A DNA stretch of 64,000 bases, taken from positions 829 through 64,828 of the forward strand of contig CAYGOF010000011.1 of the NCBI GenBank assembly GCA_964351395.1, given 5' to 3'. Origin of the DNA: an uncultured Roseivirgaceae bacterium. Its GTDB lineage: Bacteria; Bacteroidota; Bacteroidia; Cytophagales; Cyclobacteriaceae. This document shows positions 1 through 9,332 of this stretch, one piece after another. How positions within the stretch are numbered: the first letter of the stretch is position 1; every line of letters begins with the position of its first letter. The translations under genes were made by a program, and so were the position numbers. The notes below the pieces were generated by a model, which was not told where the DNA came from, ran no database searches, and was given only the letters and a program-made list of their open reading frames with translations.

Positions 1-73
1 TCGCACGCACCCGTTTCTGCTGATATTTATCGGGACTCAAACGAGGGCGATGGGGGGTGTGATTCTGACCCCT

Positions 74-1873
74 TCATTTTGCTAGTAGGTGACTTGGGGT
101 TGAGTCTCTAACAAATATTACTGCGTCAAAATTTTCAGTTAAAGTTGTTTTGACAAATTGATACCTACTATTAATACCAGCCCCTATATATCTAAGTTTA
201 TGATACTCAAACAGCCATTCGTTTTCCGAAACTCTGTTAACACCTTCCAGGTTTAAGAAGAAGTTTGGGTATTTACTCTGAAAAAAGAATGACTCATAGC
301 TGTCCGCTATAGGGGGCTCTAACGGGTAGCTACCCAAACCACCAGCATGTGTAAGATCTAATCCGGTAAAAGACCCTTGTCCTAGGGAGAAGCCAATTGA
401 GTAAATTGAAAACTCAGAATTCAAGTATCTTCCCATACCTGCTCCGTAGTGTTCGGCCGTACTGATATGTGCGTTGTGTGCCCAGATGATGATTTTTATG
501 TTTTTATTCTCTTTTGCAAACTGAGATATGTTTTCTGCCATGTGCTTATCACGGGTTTGCAAATTCTCACCACTTATTTTTGCTCTAAAATACGCTGCAC
601 TTTGTTTTAGAGAGAGAAGCTTTTTTTTTATTTGCACATATTTATCACGATTTGAAGTTGCCGTAAGCAGGGCTTTCTTCTTTTCCAGATAGACATATAA
701 ACTGTCAATTTGATTATCGAATGCAATAACATCTTCCAGCTTTCCGCCAGGGAACCGAAAAAACGTCTCCCTTAATTCAAGCGCCTTATTGTAAAGACTT
801 GTGTCGATTCCCAAGGAAAATTCAAGGATTGGATCTAGTGCCTTATCAGATGATGGGATATCGAAGCCAACTATTTTTACTTTCTCATCTCTGTTCATAT
901 TAAAGACCCTCAACCATTTCAACAAAGTCAAGAACTCCTCTGTTTTATACGGCCAGTAGCCAATCTGTGACAGAATAGCTCTTGGATCGCCATTACCATT
1001 GGCTATATAATTATTTAAAATTTCAGCATCTGTCATATCCATCTCTAAGGCAAGGATGTGGTAGTTCATGTTTGACACTAAAAACCTTACCATTTGGTCT
1101 TTTAGTTGATAAATTTCACTACTACCATGAGTTTCCTCACCTAGAGCAACGAATCTTGAATTCTTCAAATCTTTTTTTAAAAAGGCTGGCTCAAAGGCAT
1201 CCAAATTATCAATTGAAACTACACTCATATTCAGCCAGTTCAACTGCTGTGACGTTGCGGATGAAGTCAAGGGAGCATCTGAATCTAGAAGCTTCTCATC
1301 ATCGATATATATTTCGAATGCATCGACCCATATTGAGTTAACAGAAGATGTCCTTACCCCAAACGCCATATATTCTGTGGACGGTTCAATTTTTTCTTCT
1401 ACTACAATTGCATTCCAGTCCGACCTAATCTTAGCCATTTGGCTTGGAGTGCCTTTTTTTCTTTGCACTTCATCGCCGTCCTTTGACAGCTGCCTTATGA
1501 ATGGTGATACTTCGGCATGAGGATCTTTTGATCTTACATGCATCAGAATTCTAATACTGCTCTTGTTTTTGAAACTGATTTTTTCAATGTCATTTAACAA
1601 AGTTGCGGAACATGGCTTAAGCGGAGAGATTGGGTGTACTGCAAAACTCAATTTTCCGCTAAAAGAGACGAGTGAATCTGACTCGAATAAACATTCGTCT
1701 TCTTCAACAATATACCATTCGATTGGTAGAGAGTTCTCATTGCCAGTGACTTCAAAATCATAATTTTGAAAACCCTGAGCAGCGAAACGCTGAAAGCAAG
1801 CGGATTGGAAAACACCGACAATCAGAAAAACTACTCTTATGGGCATTTTTCTAAGAATTTCACGTGTTCTCAT
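74..1873 (-). CDS. Secreted erythromycin-esterase-family protein with an extra N-terminal jelly-roll-like domain
   Basis: 599-aa ORF with a hydrophobic N-terminal signal-like segment. The C-terminal ~400 aa carry erythromycin-esterase-family signatures (ALGEETHGSSE, IIWAHNAHIS). The ~190-aa N-terminal extension is not typical for the family. Motif recall only. Confidence 0.75.
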   Translation of the reverse strand: MRTREILRKMPIRVVFLIVGVFQSACFQRFAAQGFQNYDFEVTGNENSLPIEWYIVEEDECLFESDSLVSFSGKLSFAVHPISPLKPCSATLLNDIEKISFKNKSSIRILMHVRSKDPHAEVSPFIRQLSKDGDEVQRKKGTPSQMAKIRSDWNAIVVEEKIEPSTEYMAFGVRTSSVNSIWVDAFEIYIDDEKLLDSDAPLTSSATSQQLNWLNMSVVSIDNLDAFEPAFLKKDLKNSRFVALGEETHGSSEIYQLKDQMVRFLVSNMNYHILALEMDMTDAEILNNYIANGNGDPRAILSQIGYWPYKTEEFLTLLKWLRVFNMNRDEKVKIVGFDIPSSDKALDPILEFSLGIDTSLYNKALELRETFFRFPGGKLEDVIAFDNQIDSLYVYLEKKKALLTATSNRDKYVQIKKKLLSLKQSAAYFRAKISGENLQTRDKHMAENISQFAKENKNIKIIIWAHNAHISTAEHYGAGMGRYLNSEFSIYSIGFSLGQGSFTGLDLTHAGGLGSYPLEPPIADSYESFFFQSKYPNFFLNLEGVNRVSENEWLFEYHKLRYIGAGINSRYQFVKTTLTENFDAVIFVRDSTPSHLLAK

Positions 1874-1984
1874 AGTTAAAAATACGCTATTTTCAGCAAA
1901 AATCGTTTATCTCATGGAGAAATTAAACCTGAGGAAGAGGCAGATATGCAGCTGATTTCAATGAAAATAGTATCTGGAAAGTAG

Positions 1985-2295
1985 GGTTGGGAGGGGCTAT
2001 TTACATTGTCCCGTTTCTCAAGACAAATGGAGTGGTTTCGCCGGCCTTTTTTAGGTTGCGCAACACCCACCCCCTCGGTTGCGCAACCTCGCCTACCCAG
2101 GTTGGGCAACCTACACTACCTGTATTGCGCAACCTTGACCCCCAGGGTTGGGCAACCCCACCACCGTACATTGCGCAACCTTGGCGACACTTATGCGCAA
2201 TGATGGCGCCGCCCTTGGGCAACCGGCACGCCGAAGTTGCGCAGGACCAGTAGCTGGCATTGGGCGAGAGGGGTAGTGGAGCTTGGGCAAGTGCA
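1985..2295. repeat. 23-bp-periodic array of the palindrome GGTTGCGCAACC (about 13 units, GC-rich, non-coding)
   Basis: TTG(C/G)GCAAC cores start at 2056, 2079, 2102, 2125, 2148, 2171, 2193, 2215, 2237, 2260 and 2283. Degenerate in-phase copies run back to 1987. The period is not a multiple of 3, and spacers are C-rich on the + strand. Confidence 0.9.
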
Positions 2296-2730
2296 TTGAG
2301 TCGCTCACGAAAACTATTGGGACTCGAGTGCCGGCGGTATATCAATTCAGGCTTACAACAATGAAATTCGATAGTTTATAAACTCCGATTCCAAATACAA
2401 ATCCAATCAACATCCAATAGCGTCTTTTGTTTTTTGTCAACTTGAACAACCTGCTTTCTAAGTAGATATAAAGTATAATTTGCGCCTGTTTTGCATGTCA
2501 ATTATTGTCAAAAAAAAGGAGCAGTTGGATTGAAAGAAAATGGAATCAGGAAAGAAGAGTATGGATACTTTTTAACACATTTGCTGTGGTCGATATAAAG
2601 AGGAGGTGGGCAGCTACAACTGTATTTTTTTGTATCATAAAAATACTGTTTTTCACTTCTTTTTCAAGTACCAGCATTCGCTTCTACGCCTTCCCGTCAG
2701 GTCCATTTTAATGGCTCTACCATGCCATTA

Positions 2731-4008
2731 TCACCTGGCGTCCGTTTTTTCCAGCCAATCAGTAATGGCAGGCAAGTAACCCTGTGGTAATAGTTGAAAA
2801 TAAGGAAACTCCTGATCTACATAGGTCATAGAATGAGTGGTGTTGTCAAGCGTCAAGACCTCATACATTTTTGGTGGTGATTTTTTTAATGCCTGCTTAA
2901 TTACTTTGTAACTATCTGCCGGAATTACCTGGTCCGATAAGCCCTGAATAACCAAAACCGGCTGAGTGACTTGCTCGAAATAGGGCAGGCCGCTAAAATT
3001 CAACTTCATATCTTTTTGAACATCCTGTTCGGGAAACCAAATCTCATTGAACCAATCCTTGCCTTGGTTTTTGTTTTTTATCTCAAGCAATGTTTCGTAC
3101 GGGATATTGCCAGCCAGGTAATCATAGCCGGCTTTCTGCACTTTCAGGGCTTGGTCAATATTCGCTTTCCCAATCTTGTCGGAGTGACTGTTTTTCCAAC
3201 TGTTCAAATCACTTTCCAGTAGGGTGCCACTCGGACAGCTCACCGAAATTCCAAAACCTAATTCAGGCATTTTGGCTAAAATGTAAGGTATTTTTGTTCC
3301 TCCCTGACTGCTGCCTTTTATACCAATATCATCAAGCGATAGTGAGGAAACCTGAGAGAAGAATTGCAAAGCGTTCATGTCATCGGAGCAGAGTTCCTCT
3401 ATGCTTGCCGACTGCCAATTGCCCTGAGATTTTCCGGTCCCACGTTTATCATAATTGAAAACCGTGTAACCCAATTGGGCAAAATGGGCGGCTTCTGCGT
3501 TAGTACCACTTCGGTCATTGCCCTGAGAGGAGGTCACGAAAAACAAACCCTTATTGATGGGGTTCTTTGGTTTCCATAAGCTGCCTGAAAGCTTAAGATC
3601 ATTCGAAGTGAAAGTGAATTCCTGTCTTTCAATGCGTTCGGCTTCTGATGAAGTTTCTTGATTCAGATAAGTTTCAAATGTGTTCAATAATTGCTCTGTT
3701 TCATTTGAATACACGTTGAGCACCCCCTCATAATTCTCAGCGATTCGTGAGAATTGATATTCATACGTATAATAGTCGCTAATGACATAAAAGCTGAGGG
3801 TGTCTTTGTCGATCGTGGTGTTTTGACAAGGTATTTCAAACGCATTCATCGCTGTGCTGGAAAAGAAGGCTTGTGTTTGGTTACTTGTTTCCACCAGTTT
3901 GATCTGATAGCTCATGTTTGATTTCCCATAGACAAGACTTCCCTGAAAAGATTGGGCATGCAGGGTAAAGGAAAGACACGTTAGTCCAAAAAGTACAAGA
4001 TATTTCAT
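2731..4008 (-). CDS. Secreted alpha/beta-hydrolase (dienelactone hydrolase / S9 peptidase-like)
   Basis: 425-aa ORF with an N-terminal signal peptide (MKYLVLFGLTCLSFTLHA). Nucleophile elbow GSSQG (IGIKGSSQGG), plus a C-terminal His-containing segment (TTHSM) typical of alpha/beta hydrolases. Confidence 0.7.
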   Translation of the reverse strand: MKYLVLFGLTCLSFTLHAQSFQGSLVYGKSNMSYQIKLVETSNQTQAFFSSTAMNAFEIPCQNTTIDKDTLSFYVISDYYTYEYQFSRIAENYEGVLNVYSNETEQLLNTFETYLNQETSSEAERIERQEFTFTSNDLKLSGSLWKPKNPINKGLFFVTSSQGNDRSGTNAEAAHFAQLGYTVFNYDKRGTGKSQGNWQSASIEELCSDDMNALQFFSQVSSLSLDDIGIKGSSQGGTKIPYILAKMPELGFGISVSCPSGTLLESDLNSWKNSHSDKIGKANIDQALKVQKAGYDYLAGNIPYETLLEIKNKNQGKDWFNEIWFPEQDVQKDMKLNFSGLPYFEQVTQPVLVIQGLSDQVIPADSYKVIKQALKKSPPKMYEVLTLDNTTHSMTYVDQEFPYFQLLPQGYLPAITDWLEKTDAR

Positions 4009-4247
4009 TGTTGTAGTATGTATGTCTAAGGCCTATCAAACGCATCAAGTCACCAATTGGTTGTTTTGAAAGGATTTCATTCAGAGGAGCCTGGCTCCAC
4101 CTGCCATGGCTAAGCAGGTCCAGCTTGCTCCAATGGTAATAATAAAGGCAAAAAAGGAGGGCAGGCTGCTATTTACGCTTTAAATGATGGTCGATGCAAA
4201 TCAGTAGGGGAACAGTGGGGGGCGATGCTGTGGGAATTCACTCGCCG

Positions 4248-4910
4248 TTATATCAATTTTTGGGCATGGGCATAGTTGACAAGCCCTACTACAGAAGAAC
4301 AACCGGTCTTGCGAAGAATGTTTTTTCTATGTGTTTCTACCGTTTTTTCACTGATAAAAAGCACTTCCGCAATTTGTTTGGTGGAAAAATCTCTGGCGAT
4401 CAATTTGATGATTTCCATTTCTCTGGGCGAAAGGTAACTCTTCTCGGAAGGGGAATTAATTTGCTGCACCAGTATTTCGGAAATCTCATCGCTAAAAAAC
4501 TTTTTTCCGGCAGTCACTTTGTCCAGCGCCTGAAGCAAGGAGGAGTGGGTGTCATTTTTCAACACAAAGCTGTCGATATTTTCTTTGAGGAGTTCTTTCA
4601 CTACGGAAGGGTCGTCATGCATGCTCAGCACAATCACCCTGATGTCAGGATGAACAGCTCGTGCTATTTTGATAATTTCCAGCCCCGAGTAATCCGGAAG
4701 TTCATAGTCGGTGATCAGTATGTCAAAATCCTGGGATTTAAGTAATTCAATGGCTTCTTTTCCCTTGCTTGCTAAACCAGCGACATCATATAGTGCAAGT
4801 CCGCTGAGAAGCCGTTGCGTTCCCTCAAGCAATATCTTGTGATCGTCTACTAACAGTATTCGGTATTTCTCCACACTCAGTTGGCCTACAGTACGATTAA
4901 ATAAACGCAT
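4248..4910 (-). CDS. Response regulator, NarL/FixJ (LuxR-type HTH) family
   Basis: Receiver domain (ILLVDDHKILLEG ... DILITDYELPD) plus a C-terminal LuxR HTH (LSPREMEIIKLIARDFSTKQIAEVLFISEKTVETHRKNILRKTG). Lies directly downstream of the cognate kinase. Confidence 0.9.
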   Translation of the reverse strand: MRLFNRTVGQLSVEKYRILLVDDHKILLEGTQRLLSGLALYDVAGLASKGKEAIELLKSQDFDILITDYELPDYSGLEIIKIARAVHPDIRVIVLSMHDDPSVVKELLKENIDSFVLKNDTHSSLLQALDKVTAGKKFFSDEISEILVQQINSPSEKSYLSPREMEIIKLIARDFSTKQIAEVLFISEKTVETHRKNILRKTGCSSVVGLVNYAHAQKLI

Positions 4911-4965
4911 CTTATCATTTCCAACAAAGAAACGCAGGTAATATAGATGATTTCAATACCAATGA

Positions 4966-6837
4966 TCAGGTATTAGCTATAGGATTTACAGCTTGAAAGG
5001 CAGCTTTGGTAGCTATGCTAAGTGTTAAGGTTGTGTTTTTTCTTCCCACTTGGGTATCAATGTCCATTGACCCTGCGATGAGGTGCAAACGTGTATTGAT
5101 ATTTCTCCAACCATTGCCCTTGCTGTGTTCAAATGACTGCAAATCGAAGCCTTCGCCGTTATCTTCCACCGTAATGATCACTTCATCGTCATGGGCTGTC
5201 ATTTGTATCCATAACTCAGTCGCCCCCGCATACTTGAGTACATTGGAGACCCACTCTTGCAAAATCCGATAAAGCGATATTTCCACCACCTCGTTAAATC
5301 GCTCTTCTATGCCAAAGGCCTGAATTTTTACTGTTACCTGGTTTGATTTATTGATCCGTGCAGTTAATTCCTGAAGCGCTGAAAGTAAGCCTTCCCGGCT
5401 GAGCACCGGAGGCATTAGGTTGAAGGCCACATTCCTTATCTCATGTTGAATATCATTCAGTAATGCAGTGGAATTATCAACGATTTCATTTCGTACCACG
5501 ACGTCGTGGCTAGCCTCCTTCAATCCCTGAATATTCATGGTGAGCGCACTCACCAGTTGCCCCATGCTGTCGTGCAGGTCTGAGGCAAATCGCTTACGTT
5601 CCTTTTCTTCACTGCTAATAACGGCCTGAATCTGCGCTTCCCGAAGTCTTAGTTTTTGCTCGTTCAACACTTCCTGCTGGCGGATGTGAGTGCGCTGACG
5701 CCATAAATAGAAAACCAACAGAAGTAGCGATACTACCACTACCAAAGCCAAAATAATGACATTGTTGCGCTCGTTGGTAGCCTTCTGAAGCCTGTATTCC
5801 TGATCCAAAAAAGCAATTTTTTGATCTTTCTTTTCGGTTTCATACCTGGTTTGCAACTCTTCGATAGCGTTCGTTTTATTGATATTGAAAAGGCTATCGT
5901 TGAATTCCCTGTATTTCAATTCGTTGAAGTAGGCAGCCTCAAAATTGTCAACCTGGGCATAGCATCTTTGTAGCCAATCATGGTTTTGACGCATCAACCA
6001 TAGGTAGCCTACCGATTTAGCCACTTCATTGGAGGTCAGAAAATGCTCAATGGCTTGAGCGTATTTCTGAAGGGTAAAGAGGTTTCTCCCAATTAATTGC
6101 TCGTTTTCAGCTACCCCCTGGCTGTCGCCTAATTGTGTTCTTATGGCGGTAGACTGTTGAATGTATTGGTCTGAGGCCTCTACGTTGCCCTTTGCAAACT
6201 GATAATTGGCAAAGTCTAATAATACATAGCCCAAGCCCACTGAATCGTTCAATTGCATGCGAATGTCCATCACTTTTCGAAAATAGACCTGGGCAGAATC
6301 TAATTCCCCTTTTTTAAAGAGGATAGTGCCACGCATTCCATAATTGGTGCCTAATTGTTCAAGATTGTTAGCAGCTTGTGCGGCAGCCTCGGCTTTGTCA
6401 AGTGCCGCATAGGCACGTTCCATGTTGTTTTGATGCCGGTACACCACAGAAATTTCATTGAATAACCTGGCAATGCCACTTTGGTTGTTGAGCCTCTCGA
6501 AAATATCAGCAGCAGTTAGGTAGGATTTTAAGGCAGCTTCATAGTTGCCTCGTAAGCTGTTGGCAATACCATTGTAAAGCAAAGCATAGGCTTCTCTATC
6601 CGGCCACTTATTTTTTATGCTCAGTTGGCGCGCAGTGACCGTCAGTTTGATCGCCACGTCAAAATTAGCACTGTAGATAGCGTAGAAATTGGTGAGAACA
6701 CTATCCACCTTATGTTCCTCCAGGATGATGGCGATTTGTTCGGCTGTCTGCCCGGCAACGTAACCATTTCCTCCAAAACTGTGGTTAGTGAAAAAGGAAA
6801 TGAAAATCAAAAGAGCAGCAGGGGCTTTCAGACACAT
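4966..6837 (-). CDS. Sensor histidine kinase with N-terminal TPR repeats (HisKA_3 / NarX-type core)
   Basis: 623 aa. Signal/TM segment, TPR-like repeats, one TM (VIILALVVVVSLLLLVFYLW), a coiled coil, H-box ERKRFASDLHDSMGQ, and an HATPase_c-like C-terminus (VEDNGEGF). Confidence 0.85.
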   Translation of the reverse strand: MCLKAPAALLIFISFFTNHSFGGNGYVAGQTAEQIAIILEEHKVDSVLTNFYAIYSANFDVAIKLTVTARQLSIKNKWPDREAYALLYNGIANSLRGNYEAALKSYLTAADIFERLNNQSGIARLFNEISVVYRHQNNMERAYAALDKAEAAAQAANNLEQLGTNYGMRGTILFKKGELDSAQVYFRKVMDIRMQLNDSVGLGYVLLDFANYQFAKGNVEASDQYIQQSTAIRTQLGDSQGVAENEQLIGRNLFTLQKYAQAIEHFLTSNEVAKSVGYLWLMRQNHDWLQRCYAQVDNFEAAYFNELKYREFNDSLFNINKTNAIEELQTRYETEKKDQKIAFLDQEYRLQKATNERNNVIILALVVVVSLLLLVFYLWRQRTHIRQQEVLNEQKLRLREAQIQAVISSEEKERKRFASDLHDSMGQLVSALTMNIQGLKEASHDVVVRNEIVDNSTALLNDIQHEIRNVAFNLMPPVLSREGLLSALQELTARINKSNQVTVKIQAFGIEERFNEVVEISLYRILQEWVSNVLKYAGATELWIQMTAHDDEVIITVEDNGEGFDLQSFEHSKGNGWRNINTRLHLIAGSMDIDTQVGRKNTTLTLSIATKAAFQAVNPIANT

Positions 6838-6852
6838 AGTTTAAATCATCAA

Positions 6853-6868
6853 TACCTACTACTAGGTA
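6853..6868. promoter_or_regulatory. Candidate NarL-type 7-2-7 operator TACCTAC-TA-CTAGGTA
   Basis: Inverted heptamers resembling the NarL heptamer TACYYMT in a 7-2-7 arrangement. They sit in the 103-bp divergent region between the NarL-type TCS operon and the 6941 gene. A third TACCGAA heptamer lies at 6877-6883. Confidence 0.35.
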
Positions 6869-6940
6869 GGCCAAAATACCGAATGAACCCTATTGAAACA
6901 AGGATTTGTGAATGGGTTATTTGTTTAAAAAATCAGAAGT

Positions 6941-7942
6941 ATGAAAAAAATTTTGTTGATCGCCGTATTGTTTTCCTACTCCATTGCCAACGCTCAGATT
7001 GTGACTGAGAAAAATATTAGAGATGGCAGCTATGGTGCGAAAAAACTTAGCAAAGCGCCAAAAAAGATCTATTTGAATCAATTTTTTATTAATTATCAAG
7101 TACTAGCCTCTGGCTCAGAAACCAGTACTGGAGGAAAGACGAGTGCAGAAATGGCTGTCGGGCTAGTTGGTATTGAACTTGAAGACATGCAGGAAATCAC
7201 CAATAATGCATATGCCATGGTTGTTAAAAAGCTAAAGGATGCTGGTGTTGAAATAGTAGGCGCAGATGAAGCCGGAAAAACAGCGTTTTATAGTGATTGG
7301 ACTAGAATGCCTGGAGGAACGCCTTCTCACGCACAGCTGTTAGGTTATGTTTCTACAGCACCTGCTGGTTATGATTTTTATGTAAAAAAAGTCACCAATA
7401 AGGGCAAGGCCAAGGGTACATTCTTAGATACTACGCCCAAGCTCTCCGATGAATTGGGGGACATACCTGTGTTTGAGACAAACGTCAGTTTTCAGTTTGT
7501 AACGATTGAAGGGAGTAGTTCAATGGTCACAGAAGCTTCAAGAATGAAAGGTGTGGTCAACTACCAGATACCCGAAACGGCCATAGCAAAGTCATCTGAA
7601 GGAATATTTGGTGGTAAGATTGAAACGGCTCAGGTGATGACCCGTGTGGTCTGGAAGGGTGGAGCTAAAGGAATGGGAGCGGGCACTATAATGGCTTTTA
7701 GTCCTAAAGGGGAGATAGAAATACCGGGAGTAGTTGAGCAAAAGAAGTTTAAAGAATATGTGACGCCAGGGGTGAGTTACAATACTTCTTATTCCGGCAT
7801 TGTTTACACAAACAAAAAGGAGCTAGAAGTCTCTCATCAGGTAAAGGCTGATCGTGAGGCATTCAAATCAAAGACCCAACAGGCGCTTAACGAATATTTG
7901 GCCTATGTGGTCGATCAATTCATTGCCAATCTAAACGGTTGA
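6941..7942 (+). CDS. Hypothetical secreted protein (no recognised domain)
   Basis: 333-aa ORF with a clear signal peptide (MKKILLIAVLFSYSIANAQ), followed by an intrinsic terminator. Divergent from the TPR-kinase/NarL operon. Confidence 0.6.
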   Translation: MKKILLIAVLFSYSIANAQIVTEKNIRDGSYGAKKLSKAPKKIYLNQFFINYQVLASGSETSTGGKTSAEMAVGLVGIELEDMQEITNNAYAMVVKKLKDAGVEIVGADEAGKTAFYSDWTRMPGGTPSHAQLLGYVSTAPAGYDFYVKKVTNKGKAKGTFLDTTPKLSDELGDIPVFETNVSFQFVTIEGSSSMVTEASRMKGVVNYQIPETAIAKSSEGIFGGKIETAQVMTRVVWKGGAKGMGAGTIMAFSPKGEIEIPGVVEQKKFKEYVTPGVSYNTSYSGIVYTNKKELEVSHQVKADREAFKSKTQQALNEYLAYVVDQFIANLNG

Positions 7943-7950
7943 AAATGTAT

Positions 7951-7990
7951 GGAGGAGAATACCTGCCTAACTTTCTCCTCCTTTCTCTTT
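7951..7990 (+). terminator. Rho-independent terminator
   Basis: GGAGGAGAA (7951-7959) pairs with TTCTCCTCC (7973-7981), followed by TTTCTCTTT. Located 9 nt after the stop of the 6941..7942 gene. Confidence 0.6.
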
Positions 7991-8079
7991 AAAATGGATG
8001 CCAAAATGGTTGGCGTTAATTTTCATGAACCTAATATGAAAATAGGTACGATATGATGACTTTAATTGAACGAAGAAGC

Positions 8080-8292
8080 TTATGCTCCTTCGTTTGCCAT
8101 TTTTTTCAACTTGTTTTTCATCGAACTGATAAGTAAAAATTCCATAAAAAATGCGCAAATAATGAAAAGGCTGACCGCTTTGAATGACTCACCTAACACC
8201 TGTTGGCAAGCAAAGAGTAAAATAGCCCAAATTATGCTGCTTACTATTTGAATAGTCGTTAACATTTGATGTGAGTTTTTTGTGTTTTCCAT
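8080..8292 (-). CDS. Possible small two-TM membrane protein
   Basis: 70-aa ORF with two hydrophobic segments (IVSSIIWAILLFACQQVLG, AVSLFIICAFFMEFLLISS) in an otherwise gene-free 640-bp gap. No other support. Confidence 0.3.
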   Translation of the reverse strand: MENTKNSHQMLTTIQIVSSIIWAILLFACQQVLGESFKAVSLFIICAFFMEFLLISSMKNKLKKMANEGA

Positions 8293-8585
8293 TTTTTTAA
8301 GTTTAAAACGTGATTTCTAAAGTTGCTTAATTAGTTAGTGACACGCCTTTTCGAAAACTTTCAAAAAATGGTCATTTTTTTTTGTAATTCTTCTGCTAGC
8401 CAGGATTGGGCATGAAATAGGAGGACCTTTTCGTGGTCGCCAGACTCACTGAACGAGATCGGTTAATGTAAAAAGCGACAAAGAGTAGCACTGACACACC
8501 AGGAATGAAAATAAGGCGCAATTGACTATTTCACAGGGATTTGTGATGTCGGGTGAACAAGATGTGAGCTTATTTTTGCTGTTAT

Positions 8586-9332
8586 CTATTTATTTTTCAG
8601 ATAAATATGTTTGATGTTTTTCTCGCCTGATTCTCTTGCTTCGATGATGAAGGCGTTGGTGCTTTTGATAAGGGGTGAAAGCTTTGAAAAACCATAATTT
8701 CTAGGGTCAAAATCTGTCTTTTTCTTAATGAGGTAACTTCCCAGCGACCCTAAGAAGGCCCAGCCATCGTCGTCGGAAATCTCGTCAACACTTTCTTTGA
8801 TCGTCCTGATCAACTCCTTATCGACATTGCTGACAGAGGAAGGTTGAGTCTTAGGTTTAGATTTTTGGTTAGACTTCTCTGGTGTCTCATTTTCCTGCTC
8901 TTTTCTCAATATTTCGATGTAGATGAATTTGTCGCAGGCCGTAATGAAGGGCCGGGGTGTCTTCTTCTCACCAATTCCGATAACAAACATGCCGGCTTCC
9001 CGCAAGCGTGTGGCGAGTCTTGTGAAGTCGCTGTCACTGGACACAATGCAAAACCCGTTTACTTTCTTGGAATACAGCAAATCCATGGCATCTATAATCA
9101 GGGCGCTATCACTTGAATTCTTGCCCTGGGTATAGCTGTATTGCTGGATAGGAGTGATGGCATTCTCCAACAATACGTTTTTCCATCCCGACACTGTGGG
9201 TTTTGTCCAATCGGCATAAATACGCTTGATCGTCGGATTCCCATATTTAGCCACTTCGTCGAGCATTTCTTTGATATGCGCATAGGGTACATTATCTGCG
9301 TCAATGAGTACTGCAAGTTTGTCGTCCTTCAT
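8586..9332 (-). CDS. NYN-domain (LabA-like) ribonuclease-fold protein with C-terminal OST-HTH/LOTUS domain
   Basis: N-terminus LAVLIDADNVPYAHIKEMLDEVAKYGNPTIKRIYADW and IVSSDSDFTRLATRLREAG match the NYN/LabA pattern. C-terminal DDGWAFLGSLGSYLIKKKTDFDPRNYGFSKLSPLI matches the OST-HTH pattern. Confidence 0.8.
   Translation of the reverse strand: MKDDKLAVLIDADNVPYAHIKEMLDEVAKYGNPTIKRIYADWTKPTVSGWKNVLLENAITPIQQYSYTQGKNSSDSALIIDAMDLLYSKKVNGFCIVSSDSDFTRLATRLREAGMFVIGIGEKKTPRPFITACDKFIYIEILRKEQENETPEKSNQKSKPKTQPSSVSNVDKELIRTIKESVDEISDDDGWAFLGSLGSYLIKKKTDFDPRNYGFSKLSPLIKSTNAFIIEARESGEKNIKHIYLKNK

Noticed and set aside
1985-2295. Possible CRISPR array
   Set aside because: The conserved core is only 9-12 bp and the spacers are 11 bp, far below CRISPR repeat and spacer sizes. 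The spacers are compositionally biased rather than diverse. No cas genes are in the window.
1912-2345. Five overlapping ORFs of 65-114 aa on both strands (1912..2109, 1987..2253, 2001..2345, 2006..2203, 2111..2308)
   Set aside because: They lie entirely within the 23-bp-periodic GC-rich repeat. They are open in several frames only because the repeat unit lacks stop codons. The period is not a multiple of 3, and the translations are low-complexity echoes of the repeat (VAQP, LRNL, CATP).
4194-4745. 183-aa ORF antisense to the NarL-type response regulator
   Set aside because: It fully overlaps a gene with unmistakable receiver and LuxR-HTH motifs, and it has no motifs of its own.
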